DNA from: Sphingomonadales bacterium
GTDB lineage: Bacteria; Bacteroidota; Bacteroidia; UBA7662
NCBI GenBank assembly: GCA_016872225.1
Contig: VHAW01000001.1
Span: 1 to 34,405, forward strand
Direction: 5' to 3'
Length of the DNA stretch: 34,405 bases
The notes under the pieces are model-generated. The model made no database searches and was not told where the DNA came from. It was given only the letters and a program-made list of their open reading frames with translations. Position 1 is the first letter of the stretch. Every line of letters begins with the position of its first letter. The position numbers and the translations under genes were made by a program. Positions 1-9,434 of the stretch are shown in pieces.

Positions 1-111
1 AGCCTGACGAGCACGCAATTCCTTAAGAACCCCTGTTTTCTCGAATTTCTTCTTGAAACGCTTGAGGGCCTTGTCTACGGCTTCGTTGTCTTTGAGGTCG
101 ATTTTGAGCAT
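1..111 (-). CDS. rpsU: 30S ribosomal protein S21, first 37 codons only (3' end lies outside the window)
   Basis: My own minus-strand translation from the ATG at 111-109 gives [37 protein letters not shown]. This is the conserved S21 core ([14 protein letters not shown]). It is absent from the ORF track because it is truncated by the window edge. Confidence 0.85.
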   Translation of the reverse strand, partial: MLKIDLKDNEAVDKALKRFKKKFEKTGVLKELRARQA

Positions 112-139
112 GCTTAGAGAATAAGGATGGCAAAGGTAA

Positions 140-1285
140 TCAGGATTCTTTGAACAATTGCCTTGCAATGACCAATTTTTGGATTTCACTGGTCCCTTCC
201 CCAATAGTGCAGAGCTTGGAGTCACGGTAGTACTTTTCTACGGGGAAGTCTTTGGTGTAACCGTATCCGCCAAAGATTTGGACGGCCTCGGTTGATGCCC
301 GCACCGCGACCTCTGAGGCATAGTATTTGGCCATTGCGGAGACTTTGGTGACGGGCTTACCGGCATTCTTGAGCGCAGCGGCTTCCATCGTCAAGAGCTG
401 TGCGGCCTCTATTTCAGTAGCCATATCCGCCAACTTGAAGGCAATCCCCTGGAATTCAGCAATAGGCTTCCCGAATTGTTGGCGTTCACCCGCATACTGC
501 ACCGCTGCCTCCAAGGCTCCTTTGGCAATGCCCAGGGACAAGGCGGCAATACTGATGCGACCTCCGTCCAGAATTTTCATAGCTTGCACAAATCCATCCC
601 CGACTTTACCCAAAAGGTTCTCCTTGGGGACTTTGCAGTCTTTGAAAATCATTTCCGTCGTCTCGGAACAGCGCATGCCCAATTTGTTTTCTTTGCGCCC
701 TTGGAGCCAACCTTCGGTACCCCGCTCCACCACCAAGGCAGAAATGCCATGGGAATCCAAAAGCTCCCCCGTTCTCACCATGACCACCGCAATTTCCGCG
801 GAATTTCCGTGGGTTATCCAACATTTAGCACCATTCAATAGCCAATGATCGCCCTTATCCACTGCGGTCGTCAACATCCTCAAAGCATCCGATCCGGTAT
901 TGGGCTCGGTCAAACCCCAAGCTCCGATCCACTCGCCCGATGCCAAACGGGGCAACCAGCGACGCTTCTGTTCTTCGTTCCCAAAAGCCATGATATGGCC
1001 TGTGCACAGGGAGTTATGAGCCGCCATGGAAAGCCCTATGGAAGGATCCGCCTTGGACAGTTCCACAATGGCCTCCACATATTCCTCGTAGCCCAAACCG
1101 GTTCCCCCATAGGCTTCGGGAACCAAAACGCCCATCAGGCCCAATTGCCCCATTTCTTTGAACAAATCGCGAGGGAATTCCTGGCTCTCATCCCATTCCA
1201 TGGAAAAGGGCTTGATTCGACGAGCGGCAAATTCCTTCACGGAAGAGCCAATCATCCGGGTGCTTTCTGAGGTCTTAAAATCCAT
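140..1285 (-). CDS. acyl-CoA dehydrogenase (short/medium-chain, butyryl-CoA dehydrogenase-like)
   Basis: 381-aa ORF with typical ACAD length and motifs ([51 protein letters not shown]). The plus-strand ORFs inside it are antisense shadows. Confidence 0.95.
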   Translation of the reverse strand: MDFKTSESTRMIGSSVKEFAARRIKPFSMEWDESQEFPRDLFKEMGQLGLMGVLVPEAYGGTGLGYEEYVEAIVELSKADPSIGLSMAAHNSLCTGHIMAFGNEEQKRRWLPRLASGEWIGAWGLTEPNTGSDALRMLTTAVDKGDHWLLNGAKCWITHGNSAEIAVVMVRTGELLDSHGISALVVERGTEGWLQGRKENKLGMRCSETTEMIFKDCKVPKENLLGKVGDGFVQAMKILDGGRISIAALSLGIAKGALEAAVQYAGERQQFGKPIAEFQGIAFKLADMATEIEAAQLLTMEAAALKNAGKPVTKVSAMAKYYASEVAVRASTEAVQIFGGYGYTKDFPVEKYYRDSKLCTIGEGTSEIQKLVIARQLFKES

Positions 1286-1339
1286 GTTCCAAAACTACGC
1301 CTAAACCAAGAAGCCACCAACGGCAGAGTTACTCTTTCC

Positions 1340-1981
1340 TTAGGGCTTCAGGTAAGGCAAGACCCTCAGCCATTGCGATGAATCTGTGCCTAGGATTTGA
1401 AAAAGTTCGTTGCTTGAACGATAAGGTCCATGTTGGCGACGGTAGGCCACCATACGCTTTGCAAGCGACCAACCCACGTAAGGGTGATCAGACAAAACCT
1501 CCACATCTGCTTTGTTGATGCTTATTTGTTGAATCGAGGAGCTTTCCAACGTAACGTATCTCAGCACAACCTCAAACGTGATGCTATCCATCCCGTAAAC
1601 TTCCAGCAATTGATGGGCATGAACAAAACCTCCTAACCTGTTCCGGTAGGTCCAAATTCTTCGTGCCAAGGAAGGCCCTACCCCGCGTAATCGCATCAAA
1701 TCGCTCGTGTCTGCCTTGTTCAAATCGATATGTTCCCCGGGCCTAAGTTTGGACAAAAACGCTTTGCCTTCTTGGGCATTTTTCCTGTTCAGCCTTTCTT
1801 CATCCTGCACCTCCTGAATCAACCCCAAGAGATAGGGATCCTTAACCTCTACCGACCCTTCATTGGGCATTGACCATTCCCGAAAGGCGGGGACCGCCCA
1901 GGTCATTAGGGACAAGAATCCCAAACCCAAGGCCTCTTGCTTACCAATACGGGCTATGGAATAAACCCAAAACGTTCTCAT
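1340..1981 (-). CDS. ComEA-like protein with two helix-hairpin-helix DNA-binding repeats and an N-terminal membrane/signal segment
   Basis: There are two HhH repeats: LNKADTSDLMRLRGVGPSLARRIWTYRNRLGGF and INKADVEVLSDHPYVGWSLAKRMVAYRRQHGPY. The track ORF starts at TTG 1990. I prefer the ATG at 1981 (MRTFWVY...), but the start is uncertain. Confidence 0.75.
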   Translation of the reverse strand: MRTFWVYSIARIGKQEALGLGFLSLMTWAVPAFREWSMPNEGSVEVKDPYLLGLIQEVQDEERLNRKNAQEGKAFLSKLRPGEHIDLNKADTSDLMRLRGVGPSLARRIWTYRNRLGGFVHAHQLLEVYGMDSITFEVVLRYVTLESSSIQQISINKADVEVLSDHPYVGWSLAKRMVAYRRQHGPYRSSNELFQILGTDSSQWLRVLPYLKP

Positions 1982-1986
1982 CGATA

Positions 1987-2130
1987 TCAAGCAACCTCTC
2001 CATCCGAATCATGGGTTGAATTCTCCGTGGATTCAGGTGGACTGTTCAACACTTTCCACAAAAAATATCCGGTAAAAGCCGTAACAATTCCTTGAGATAG
2101 CAGCATGGTAATCAAAGCAAGGTTCGTCAT
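1987..2130 (-). CDS. 47-aa single-pass membrane peptide, candidate MetS-like small subunit of the upstream NSS transporter
   Basis: It is below the ORF-track length cut-off, so I translated it by hand: MTNLALITMLLSQGIVTAFTGYFLWKVLNSPPESTENSTHDSDGEVA. It has one hydrophobic helix and an acidic tail. It starts 34 nt after the transporter stop, and its TGA lies 5 nt before the next ATG. Confidence 0.45.
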   Translation of the reverse strand: MTNLALITMLLSQGIVTAFTGYFLWKVLNSPPESTENSTHDSDGEVA

Positions 2131-2164
2131 CGTTCTAAGGTTTGAAGGAATTATGGGATTTGAA

Positions 2165-3679
2165 TTAAATTCTTGTTTTACGGCGGCGGTAAGCTACATA
2201 AACAGCGTAAGCGATTCCGGCATAGAGTGCGAGCAAGAGAATTCTCGCTCCCTGAACATAATGGTTGCTTGGATTCTGAATTTTGGAAATAATATCCGGC
2301 AAAGACCCCAGAAAGACCGCGAGCAAAATAAGCGGGGTGACGTATTGAATAATGAAGCGGTACACCTTTGGGATTTTCATATCGGCCCCTTCGTTAATTT
2401 CTTTCCAGCCTTGGTCCATTCCAAAAACCCATGCAAACAAAATGACTTCGAGCAAGGCAAAGAGCACCAAACTGACCGTCCCTGCCCAATAATCGTATTC
2501 GTCAAAAACCCCTTCGTTGAAGAAGAAAACGGAGGGCGCACCCAGCACCAAAACAATCAACCCAAAAGTCCACGCAGAGGGACCACGCTTCCACCCAAAT
2601 TCATCCCTCAAAAATGCCATGACCGGGGTCCCCATGGCCAACGATGAGGTAATTCCTGCAAAAAACAAAAGGCCAAACCAGCATATCCCCGCAACGGCCC
2701 CCATCATAGGGCCCCATTGGGTAAATAAATACGGCAAGGTTTTGAACCCTAGTCCCAAACCGCCGCTTTTGGTTAGCTCAACCACCTGATCCACACCTAA
2801 GTAGCCAATCGCAATTGGAATGAGAATAGAGCTGCCCAAGACAACCTCCACAAACTCATTCATCCAACCTGCGGACATGGCGTTCAATGCAATATCTTGT
2901 TTACTGCGGACATAAGCCGCATAACATTGTATGGAGCCCATGCCTACGCTCAACGTAAAAAAGATTTGTCCTGCGGCAGCTAACCAAACCTTGGTATTCC
3001 AGATGGAGTCAAAATTGGGAGTCCACAAAAAATTCAAGCCAACTGTTCCATCCAACAAAGCCCCAAATTCACCGGCTTTGAGGGTGATCCCTTTGTAAGC
3101 CAAAAACAATCCGAACAGCAGGAGCAGCGGCATCCCCACTTTGGCCGCTTTCTCCACACCGCCGGACAGACCTTTGGAAAGAATATAGGTATTCAAGAAC
3201 AGGCAAAACAACCAAAAATAGATGGCTGTATGATTTTGATTCATGGTGATGTAGGAAGCAAAATAATTTGCAACCCCATCCTGCCCCATTCCGTTAAATC
3301 CACCTTGAATGAACATCCATACATAATTCAAAGTCCAACTTTCCAAGTAACAATAATAGGCTGCCACGGCAATGTTGGTAAATATCCCAAAGACACCTAC
3401 ATATTTCCACAAGGCTCGCTTCGGATCCAACTCATGCAAAATGAAAGGAGTTGAATGGTTGCCTTTCTTCCCTCCAAAACGCCCTGTTGCCCACTCAACC
3501 CACAACAGGGGAATACCCATCAACAGAAAACACACCAAATAAGGGATGATAAAGGCCCCTCCCCCATTCTGAATAGCCTGTACGGGGAATCGAAGAAAGT
3601 TACCTAGACCCACCGCATTGCCCGCCATAGCAAGAATTAAACCCAATCGGGATCCCCATGACTCTTGATTGCTGCTCAT
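2165..3679 (-). CDS. sodium-dependent transporter, neurotransmitter:sodium symporter (NSS/SNF) family
   Basis: 504-aa polytopic protein. The N-terminus WGSRLGLILAMAGNAVGLGNFLRFP is the NSS signature (GLGN.WRFP-like). Confidence 0.95.
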   Translation of the reverse strand: MSSNQESWGSRLGLILAMAGNAVGLGNFLRFPVQAIQNGGGAFIIPYLVCFLLMGIPLLWVEWATGRFGGKKGNHSTPFILHELDPKRALWKYVGVFGIFTNIAVAAYYCYLESWTLNYVWMFIQGGFNGMGQDGVANYFASYITMNQNHTAIYFWLFCLFLNTYILSKGLSGGVEKAAKVGMPLLLLFGLFLAYKGITLKAGEFGALLDGTVGLNFLWTPNFDSIWNTKVWLAAAGQIFFTLSVGMGSIQCYAAYVRSKQDIALNAMSAGWMNEFVEVVLGSSILIPIAIGYLGVDQVVELTKSGGLGLGFKTLPYLFTQWGPMMGAVAGICWFGLLFFAGITSSLAMGTPVMAFLRDEFGWKRGPSAWTFGLIVLVLGAPSVFFFNEGVFDEYDYWAGTVSLVLFALLEVILFAWVFGMDQGWKEINEGADMKIPKVYRFIIQYVTPLILLAVFLGSLPDIISKIQNPSNHYVQGARILLLALYAGIAYAVYVAYRRRKTRI

Positions 3680-3688
3680 AATTAATAA

Positions 3689-4621
3689 TTAAGTGGAAAT
3701 TGGTTCATTATTCTTGGATTGCACGCCAAATTGCTCCAAAATCATGGCGATACCCTCTTCCAAGGTATGGGGTGAATACTCCAAATCTCGCCTGGCTTTG
3801 TCAATGAGGAAGCCGCTTAAAAGTGGTCGGGCCGCTGGCTGTCCCAAGGCCATTGTGGTAGTGGGTTCTATTAATTTCTCATTTAACTGAAAGTACCTGG
3901 CAATACGCCTCGCCATTTCCAGCACGGACATGTACTCCCCCCCGCTAATGTTGTAAATCCCTGTGGCTTTGCGCAGGGCCACTTGGCAGCAGCCCTCTGC
4001 CAAATCTTCTGCCAAGGTGGGTGTTCGAAATTGATCCGAAACGATGCGAATTACGCGGCCTTCTTCCAAAGACTTTTTGACCCACAACACAATATTGGAA
4101 CGACTCATGTCGGCGGCCAAACCATAGACCAGCACCGTACGCACAATGGACCAAGGGCCCGCATATTGCCTAAGTATTTGTTCAGCATCGGCCTTGGATT
4201 GCCCATAAATACTCAGGGGATTGGGTTCATCCTCTTCAAGATAGGGGCCGCTTTGCCCGTCAAAAACAAAATCAGTGGACAAATGAACCAAATGGGTCCC
4301 CCAGGGTTCACAGGCCTCAGCCACAAAACGCACCGCATCCAGGTTGTTCAAACGGCATGCACTCGGGTCCTTCTCACAATCGTCAACCTGGGTCATGGCC
4401 GCCGTATGGATTACGCAATCGGGTCTGTATTCTGCCATAAAATCCCTAACCGCCTCGCGGTTGGTGACATCGAGGGACCTGTAGGCATAAGAACCAGGGC
4501 CCATGGCAAGTCGCTGCTCTCCTCGCCCCGTTGCCATAATTTGGAGGCCTGACTCTTGACCCAAGCGGTGGAGCAACTTTTGCCCCAGCAAGCCGTTAGC
4601 CCCTGTAATCAGTACTTTCAT
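3689..4621 (-). CDS. RmlD-like NAD(P)-dependent reductase (dTDP-4-dehydrorhamnose reductase family, SDR fold)
   Basis: It has a Rossmann motif (MKVLITGANGLLG), the RmlD-type LSTDFVFDG motif and a YxxxK catalytic motif (IYGQSKADAE). No rmlABC neighbours are present, so the substrate is uncertain. Confidence 0.85.
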   Translation of the reverse strand: MKVLITGANGLLGQKLLHRLGQESGLQIMATGRGEQRLAMGPGSYAYRSLDVTNREAVRDFMAEYRPDCVIHTAAMTQVDDCEKDPSACRLNNLDAVRFVAEACEPWGTHLVHLSTDFVFDGQSGPYLEEDEPNPLSIYGQSKADAEQILRQYAGPWSIVRTVLVYGLAADMSRSNIVLWVKKSLEEGRVIRIVSDQFRTPTLAEDLAEGCCQVALRKATGIYNISGGEYMSVLEMARRIARYFQLNEKLIEPTTTMALGQPAARPLLSGFLIDKARRDLEYSPHTLEEGIAMILEQFGVQSKNNEPIST

Positions 4622-4712
4622 CCCTATAATCTGAATTGCTAGCGCAAAATAGCCATAAGGAAGCCAATATCCGCAGTTAAACGCTTAGATCACGTAGCCA
4701 GCCTGTGTGGTC

Positions 4713-4742
4713 TTGCGTCGTTCCAGCATCGGTGTATATTTG
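4713..4742 (+). promoter_or_regulatory. candidate Bacteroidota sigma-A promoter for tRNA-Pro (TTG-N19-TATATTTG)
   Basis: TATATTTG at 4735-4742 matches the TAnnTTTG -7 consensus. TTG at 4713-4715 sits 19 nt upstream. The motif ends 37 nt before the tRNA 5' end. Confidence 0.4.
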
Positions 4743-4779
4743 CAACCCGGTTTAGGACCGGGGGCCTCAAGGAGGTCAT

Positions 4780-4854
4780 CGGGGTGTAGCGCAGTCCGGT
4801 TAGCGTACACGTCTGGGGGGCGTGTGGTCGGAGGTTCGAATCCTCTCACCCCGA
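4780..4854 (+). tRNA. tRNA-Pro (anticodon GGG)
   Basis: I folded the cloverleaf by hand. The acceptor stem CGGGGTG/CACCCCG has the bacterial tRNA-Pro C1:G72 pair and an A73 discriminator. The D arm is GCGC..GCGT. The anticodon stem CACGT/GCGTG carries the loop CTGGGGG. The T arm is GGAGG-TTCGAAT-CCTCT. No CCA is encoded. Confidence 0.9.
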
Positions 4855-4871
4855 CGATTTTTATTCAGCAG

Positions 4872-4903
4872 AATGCCTCTTGGATTCCAAGGGGCATTTT
4901 TTT
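4872..4903 (+). terminator. rho-independent terminator after tRNA-Pro
   Basis: AATGCCTCTTGG / CCAAGGGGCATT forms an 11-12 bp stem with one G-U pair and a 3-5 nt loop. A run of 7 T (4897-4903) overlaps the last two stem pairs and extends 5 nt past the stem. Confidence 0.75.
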
Positions 4904-5015
4904 GACCCCCTAAAAGTTTGCTCATGTTTTGACCTGTTTGGAATTTCAAGTAAATTCGGGGCGATACCCGATATCCAAATGACAACTAAAATTCAAAAAC
5001 GCTTGCGCCCAATTA

Positions 5016-5444
5016 ATGGAAAATAATCTCAACAAAGCCCTGGATGAAAACGGGCGATTGGCCAGTCCTGTACTCCCCGAAGGGGTCAAAAATTACCTGA
5101 TCGACATCGATGGAACCATCTGCGATGACGTACCCAACGAGGAGCCGGAGCGCATGAAAGACTGCGCTCATTACCCCGATGCCTTGAAAACCTGCAACCG
5201 ATGGTACGACGAAGGAAATGTCATCACCTTTTTTACGAGCCGAACGGAGAATTTGAGGGAAATCACCGAAGCCTGGCTCCAAAGCAGGGGCTTCAAGTAC
5301 CACGGACTGCTTATGAACAAACCCAGAGGCGGCAACTACCATTGGATTGATAACCATTTGGTCAAAGCCACCCGCTACGAAGGTCGCTTCACGGACCTTG
5401 TGAAAGTGACCAAATCCATCGAAGTCTTCCGTGAGTATCTATGA
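5016..5444 (+). CDS. small HAD-superfamily phosphatase-like protein
   Basis: HAD motif I is LIDIDGTICDD, motif II is FFTSRT, and a distal K...(W)IDN region is present. The protein is 142 aa. The antisense 114-aa ORF is rejected. Confidence 0.7.
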   Translation: MENNLNKALDENGRLASPVLPEGVKNYLIDIDGTICDDVPNEEPERMKDCAHYPDALKTCNRWYDEGNVITFFTSRTENLREITEAWLQSRGFKYHGLLMNKPRGGNYHWIDNHLVKATRYEGRFTDLVKVTKSIEVFREYL

Positions 5445-5493
5445 CAACCCATCCCTCACCATAAGCCTGTTGAAATTTCTAAATTGACCCCTT

Positions 5494-7662
5494 ATGCAAT
5501 CCATAGTAAACTTTCGAGTCCTTCCTATGTTGACCGCACTTGCAGTCTCTGCCTTTTTCGTACCTTCCATGAACCCCAGCCAAGCCCAAAACAATACCCC
5601 TCCTGATGTTCGCCCCATACCGCACACCACCGAAGTGCACGGCGATTCCTTGGTTGATCCTTATTTCTGGCTTAATCAACGCGAAAATCCAGAGGTCCTC
5701 GATTACCTGCGGGCCGAGAATGCCTATGCAGAAGCCAAACTTGCCCATACCAAAGAGCTTCAGACCAAGCTTTTTGAGGAAATGAAAGGGCGCATAAAAG
5801 AAGATGATCGCAATGTCCCCTATTTCTCGAAGGGATACTGGTACTATTCCAGGGTTCAGAAAGGTCTAGATTACGCCGTGTATTGCCGAAGGAAAGGAAG
5901 TATGGACTCGCAAGAGGAAATCATGCTCGATGCAAATCATTATGCCAAAGGGCATGAATTTTTCAATGTTGCGGGACTTCAAGTTAGTCCCAACAACCGC
6001 TACCTTCTTTTCTTCACCGATACAGTAGGCAGACGCCAATACACTTTATGCATCAAAGACCTTTTGACAGGTATTGATCTTCCGGATCAGGTTTTTCCGG
6101 CTAATGGATCAGCTGCATGGGCTGCAGATAATCAAACTATTTTCTTTGGTACGTCGGATGCCCAAACCCTGCGGGCAGATTGCATTTGGAAGCACCGCCT
6201 TGGACAGGAAACTGCCCGTAAACAATTAATTTTCAAAGAATCGGACGAAACCTTCAGCACCTATGTTTTCGCAGGAAAGTCAGAAAATTTCCTTTATATT
6301 TTGAGCTCTAGCACTTTAAGCTCTGAACAAAGGTATCTCTCCGCCGATCAACCCGATGGCGCTTTTACCGTAATCACCCCTCGTCAAAAAGACCTGCTCT
6401 ATTCGGTCGAAGACTATAACAAAGAATTTTATTTTCTTACCAACCACCAGGCTCTGAATTTCAAATTAATGAAAGCGGCCGTAGGCCTTTCGACGCCTGC
6501 ACAATGGAATGAAGTTATCCCCCACCGCCCCAAAGTACGCTTGGAAAGCATCGAGATTTTTAAGAATTTCTTGGTAATCGAAGAACGAGAAGCTGGTTTG
6601 AAACGTTTACGAGTTCGGCGATGGGATGGAACAGACGATCACTACCTGACTTTCCCTGATCCAGCCTACACGGTGGGGACTGAGATCAACAAAGATTACA
6701 ATAGCGGTGAGCTCCGTTACTCCTATTCCTCTTTGACCACCCCCACCCGGATCGTGGCCTATGATATGACCAAGCGCAGTGAGCACATCCTCAAAACTCA
6801 AGAGGTGGTTGGTGGTCATGAGCCCTCAGCCTACCAATCCGAGCGTATTTGGGTCAAGGCCTCCGACGGTACTGAAATTCCGATATCGCTGGTGTACAAG
6901 AAAGAAATGCGTCGAAGCGGTGGCAATCCCACACTGCTCTACGGTTACGGGAGTTACGGCATCACCATGGAGGCTTATTTCAGCATGAACCGTTTGAGCT
7001 TGTTGGATCGGGGTTGGGTTTTTGCGATTGCGCATATCCGAGGAGGCGAAGAAATGGGCCGTGCTTGGTACGAGGACGGCAAGCTCCTCAAGAAGAAAAA
7101 TACCTTCACTGATTTCATCGCCTGCGGCGAAACCATGCTTTCTAGGGGCTATTGCGAGCCTGATCAACTCTATGCAATGGGCGGAAGCGCCGGCGGATTA
7201 CTGATGGGTGCTGTGATGAATATGCGACCGGACCTTTGGAAAGGGGTGATTGCCGGGGTTCCCTTTGTGGACGTAATCAACACCATGCTGGATGCTAGTA
7301 TTCCCTTAACTACCTCGGAATACGATGAGTGGGGTAATCCTAACGAAGAAACCTACTATCGTTATATGTTATCGTATTCCCCCTACGACAATGTACGTCC
7401 GGTTGTTTATCCAAACCTGCTCGTGACCACGGGCCTTCACGACTCCCAGGTTCAATATTGGGAACCTGCCAAGTGGGTCGCCAAATTAAGGGATGTGCAA
7501 GAACAGGCTGTGGCTCAGGGTTTACCTGCCGCAGAGCGTCGCATTTATTTGGTCACGGATATGGAAGCGGGACACGGCGGCAAATCCGGACGTTACAATG
7601 CCCTCAAAGACGATGCCCTGGAGTTCGCTTTCCTGTTGGACCTCGCAGCTGCTCAACGATGA
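5494..7662 (+). CDS. ptrB: oligopeptidase B / prolyl oligopeptidase family S9A serine peptidase, with signal peptide
   Basis: 722 aa. It has an N-terminal beta-propeller region, a catalytic Ser motif (MGGSAGGLLMG), a distal GLHDSQV (Asp) and a GHGG (His) region. An N-terminal hydrophobic leader is present. Confidence 0.92.
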   Translation: MQSIVNFRVLPMLTALAVSAFFVPSMNPSQAQNNTPPDVRPIPHTTEVHGDSLVDPYFWLNQRENPEVLDYLRAENAYAEAKLAHTKELQTKLFEEMKGRIKEDDRNVPYFSKGYWYYSRVQKGLDYAVYCRRKGSMDSQEEIMLDANHYAKGHEFFNVAGLQVSPNNRYLLFFTDTVGRRQYTLCIKDLLTGIDLPDQVFPANGSAAWAADNQTIFFGTSDAQTLRADCIWKHRLGQETARKQLIFKESDETFSTYVFAGKSENFLYILSSSTLSSEQRYLSADQPDGAFTVITPRQKDLLYSVEDYNKEFYFLTNHQALNFKLMKAAVGLSTPAQWNEVIPHRPKVRLESIEIFKNFLVIEEREAGLKRLRVRRWDGTDDHYLTFPDPAYTVGTEINKDYNSGELRYSYSSLTTPTRIVAYDMTKRSEHILKTQEVVGGHEPSAYQSERIWVKASDGTEIPISLVYKKEMRRSGGNPTLLYGYGSYGITMEAYFSMNRLSLLDRGWVFAIAHIRGGEEMGRAWYEDGKLLKKKNTFTDFIACGETMLSRGYCEPDQLYAMGGSAGGLLMGAVMNMRPDLWKGVIAGVPFVDVINTMLDASIPLTTSEYDEWGNPNEETYYRYMLSYSPYDNVRPVVYPNLLVTTGLHDSQVQYWEPAKWVAKLRDVQEQAVAQGLPAAERRIYLVTDMEAGHGGKSGRYNALKDDALEFAFLLDLAAAQR

Positions 7663-8600
7663 TGATGACAATATCCCGAGGGATCACGTGTTACATTATG
7701 GCATGGTTTACCAGCCTTGGTGGTTCCCGCACAGACCCGCGCATCTGACCTCGCCGATTGTTTACCACTAGGTTTGCGACTCGAGGAACTAACCCGTGAG
7801 GACCAGATCCAACAAGTTCTGCAAAGACTGCTCTCGAGTCGCTCCTCTTCCTCATCCGGCAGCCCACGAAGGAAATCCATTCCCGTCACTTTTTCCAAGC
7901 TATCGACGCTAATAAGGTATCCCTCCAAGGAAGCTTTGGAACTGTAATGCGGAAGAAGGAATGCAGCGACACGTTCTTCTTTAGGATGGTATATAACTTT
8001 ATAAAATGCCTCAGGGATTTGTAAACGGCCAAACTGCGAGAGCGTAAAATGTCCGTAAAGTACCGGCCCTGACCAAATTAGAAGCCCTATAGTATCTTTC
8101 TCCATTAGGGCCGCTGCCCAATCCCTTATCTGGGTTTCGAGTCTTTTCCAAATTCCACGATTGAAACCGGGTCGCTGGGGACTGACGTTGGCGTAGGAAA
8201 AACTCTCTTCCATGGTTCGCACCGACCAGGCCATATCGGCGGCAGGTACCAAATGACCTTTGTCGAAACCAGATCCTGCATAATCGCGATCCGAGGCATC
8301 CCTGCCGGCAAGCCTGGGTTCCCGTTGAAATTTGTTGGCACGCTCTGCACCGCCACCGATATGCTTTCGACTCAAACGATACCCTACCCAAGCCGGTTGA
8401 ACAGCATCAATACTAAAACCCACATCATATGCAACATAATTTACAAAAACAAATTTCGTCCCGGTACTGCTGGATATGGGATGAAGGTCAAACAAAATTA
8501 TGGGACTGCCCTTTTGAGCCTGGGCATGCAAAACCTCAATCGTTAGCCCGCAGGCTAAAGCCCCCATGAAACCAAGGAGAGGTCTGAGTTTCTTAAGCAT
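7653..8600 (-). CDS. secreted DNA/RNA non-specific endonuclease (Serratia NucA / Endonuclease_NS family) with a C-terminal Cys/His-rich tail
   Basis: The signal peptide is [28 protein letters not shown]. The active site reads FDKGHLVPAADM (a DRGH variant) followed by NVSPQRPGFNRGIWKRLE. I moved the start to the ATG at 8600 because the track's 41-codon extension overlaps the upstream gene. Confidence 0.88.
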   Translation of the reverse strand: MLKKLRPLLGFMGALACGLTIEVLHAQAQKGSPIILFDLHPISSSTGTKFVFVNYVAYDVGFSIDAVQPAWVGYRLSRKHIGGGAERANKFQREPRLAGRDASDRDYAGSGFDKGHLVPAADMAWSVRTMEESFSYANVSPQRPGFNRGIWKRLETQIRDWAAALMEKDTIGLLIWSGPVLYGHFTLSQFGRLQIPEAFYKVIYHPKEERVAAFLLPHYSSKASLEGYLISVDSLEKVTGMDFLRGLPDEEEERLESSLCRTCWIWSSRVSSSSRKPSGKQSARSDARVCAGTTKAGKPCHNVTRDPSGYCHHHR

Positions 8601-9391
8601 TAATCCCCGTCCAGCAGGTTGCCCAGACCACCCAGAATGGAGCCCTCTTCGCGGCGGCCCCCAGTGGAGCCGTAACTGAGAATGCGGGCGGCCAAACGGG
8701 ATACGGGCAGGCTTTGCAGCCAAACCCGTCCGGAACCCCGCAAAGTTGCAAAAAACAAGCCCTCTCCCCCAAAAACCATGTTCTTGATCCCTTTGACCAT
8801 TTGTATATCGTAATCTACCCCGGCGGTAAAGGCCACAATACAGCCGGTATCTACCCGCAGGACCTCCCCAGGATGGAGATCCCTTTCCAAAATGTATCCC
8901 CCAGCATGTACAAAAGCTAGGCCATCCCCCTCCAGCTTCTGCATAATGAACCCCTCACCCCCAAAAAGTCCGGTACCCAGTCGGCGTTGAAACTCGATAC
9001 CCACCGCCACTCCTTTGGCAGCGCAGAGAAAGGAATCTTTTTGGCAGATGATTTTTTGGCCAAGGACCTGCAAGTCTAAACAAATGATTTTACCCGCATA
9101 GGGCCCTGCAAAAGTAACACGGGATTTTCCCTGACCCGTATGGGTGAAGGCGGTCATAAACAAGGATTCCCCCGTGAGAAGACGCTTACCCGCACCCATC
9201 AATTTGCCCAGGAAGCCCCCTTGTTGAGAGGAGCCATCGCCGAAGATGGTCTGCATTTCAATTCCCGGATCCATAAACATGAAGGCTCCGCTCTCTGCAA
9301 TTACAGTTTCCTGAGGATCTAATTCAATCTCCACACATTGCATCTCTTCGCCATAGATGCGGTAATCAATTTCGTGATTGCTTCGGTTCAT
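8600..9391 (-). CDS. TIGR00266 / AIM24 (DUF124) family protein
   Basis: 263 aa. The N-terminus [32 protein letters not shown] and later [21 protein letters not shown], plus a Gly-rich C-terminus, are typical of this family. No signal peptide is evident. Confidence 0.8.
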   Translation of the reverse strand: MNRSNHEIDYRIYGEEMQCVEIELDPQETVIAESGAFMFMDPGIEMQTIFGDGSSQQGGFLGKLMGAGKRLLTGESLFMTAFTHTGQGKSRVTFAGPYAGKIICLDLQVLGQKIICQKDSFLCAAKGVAVGIEFQRRLGTGLFGGEGFIMQKLEGDGLAFVHAGGYILERDLHPGEVLRVDTGCIVAFTAGVDYDIQMVKGIKNMVFGGEGLFFATLRGSGRVWLQSLPVSRLAARILSYGSTGGRREEGSILGGLGNLLDGD

Positions 9392-9434
9392 TTTGAAAAT
9401 TTTTAATAAAAGTAATTATTGAACTTTTGATTTA

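Noticed and set aside
327-1270. Several plus-strand ORFs (173, 121 and 141 aa) lie inside the acyl-CoA dehydrogenase gene.
   Set aside because: They are antisense shadow ORFs of a confidently identified gene. Their translations are low-complexity and Pro/Arg/Ser-rich with no motifs.
4780-4903. The tRNA-Pro might mark the edge of an integrated mobile element or genomic island.
   Set aside because: I saw no integrase, recombinase or phage genes nearby, and I noticed no repeat of the tRNA 3' end elsewhere in the window. The flanking genes are ordinary metabolic genes. I did not do an exhaustive repeat search.
8601-8723. The ORF track gives the nuclease a 41-codon N-terminal extension ([14 protein letters not shown]...).
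   Set aside because: It lies entirely inside the AIM24-family coding sequence. The internal ATG at 8600 is followed at once by a clean signal peptide, and it overlaps the upstream stop in a typical TAATG coupling arrangement.
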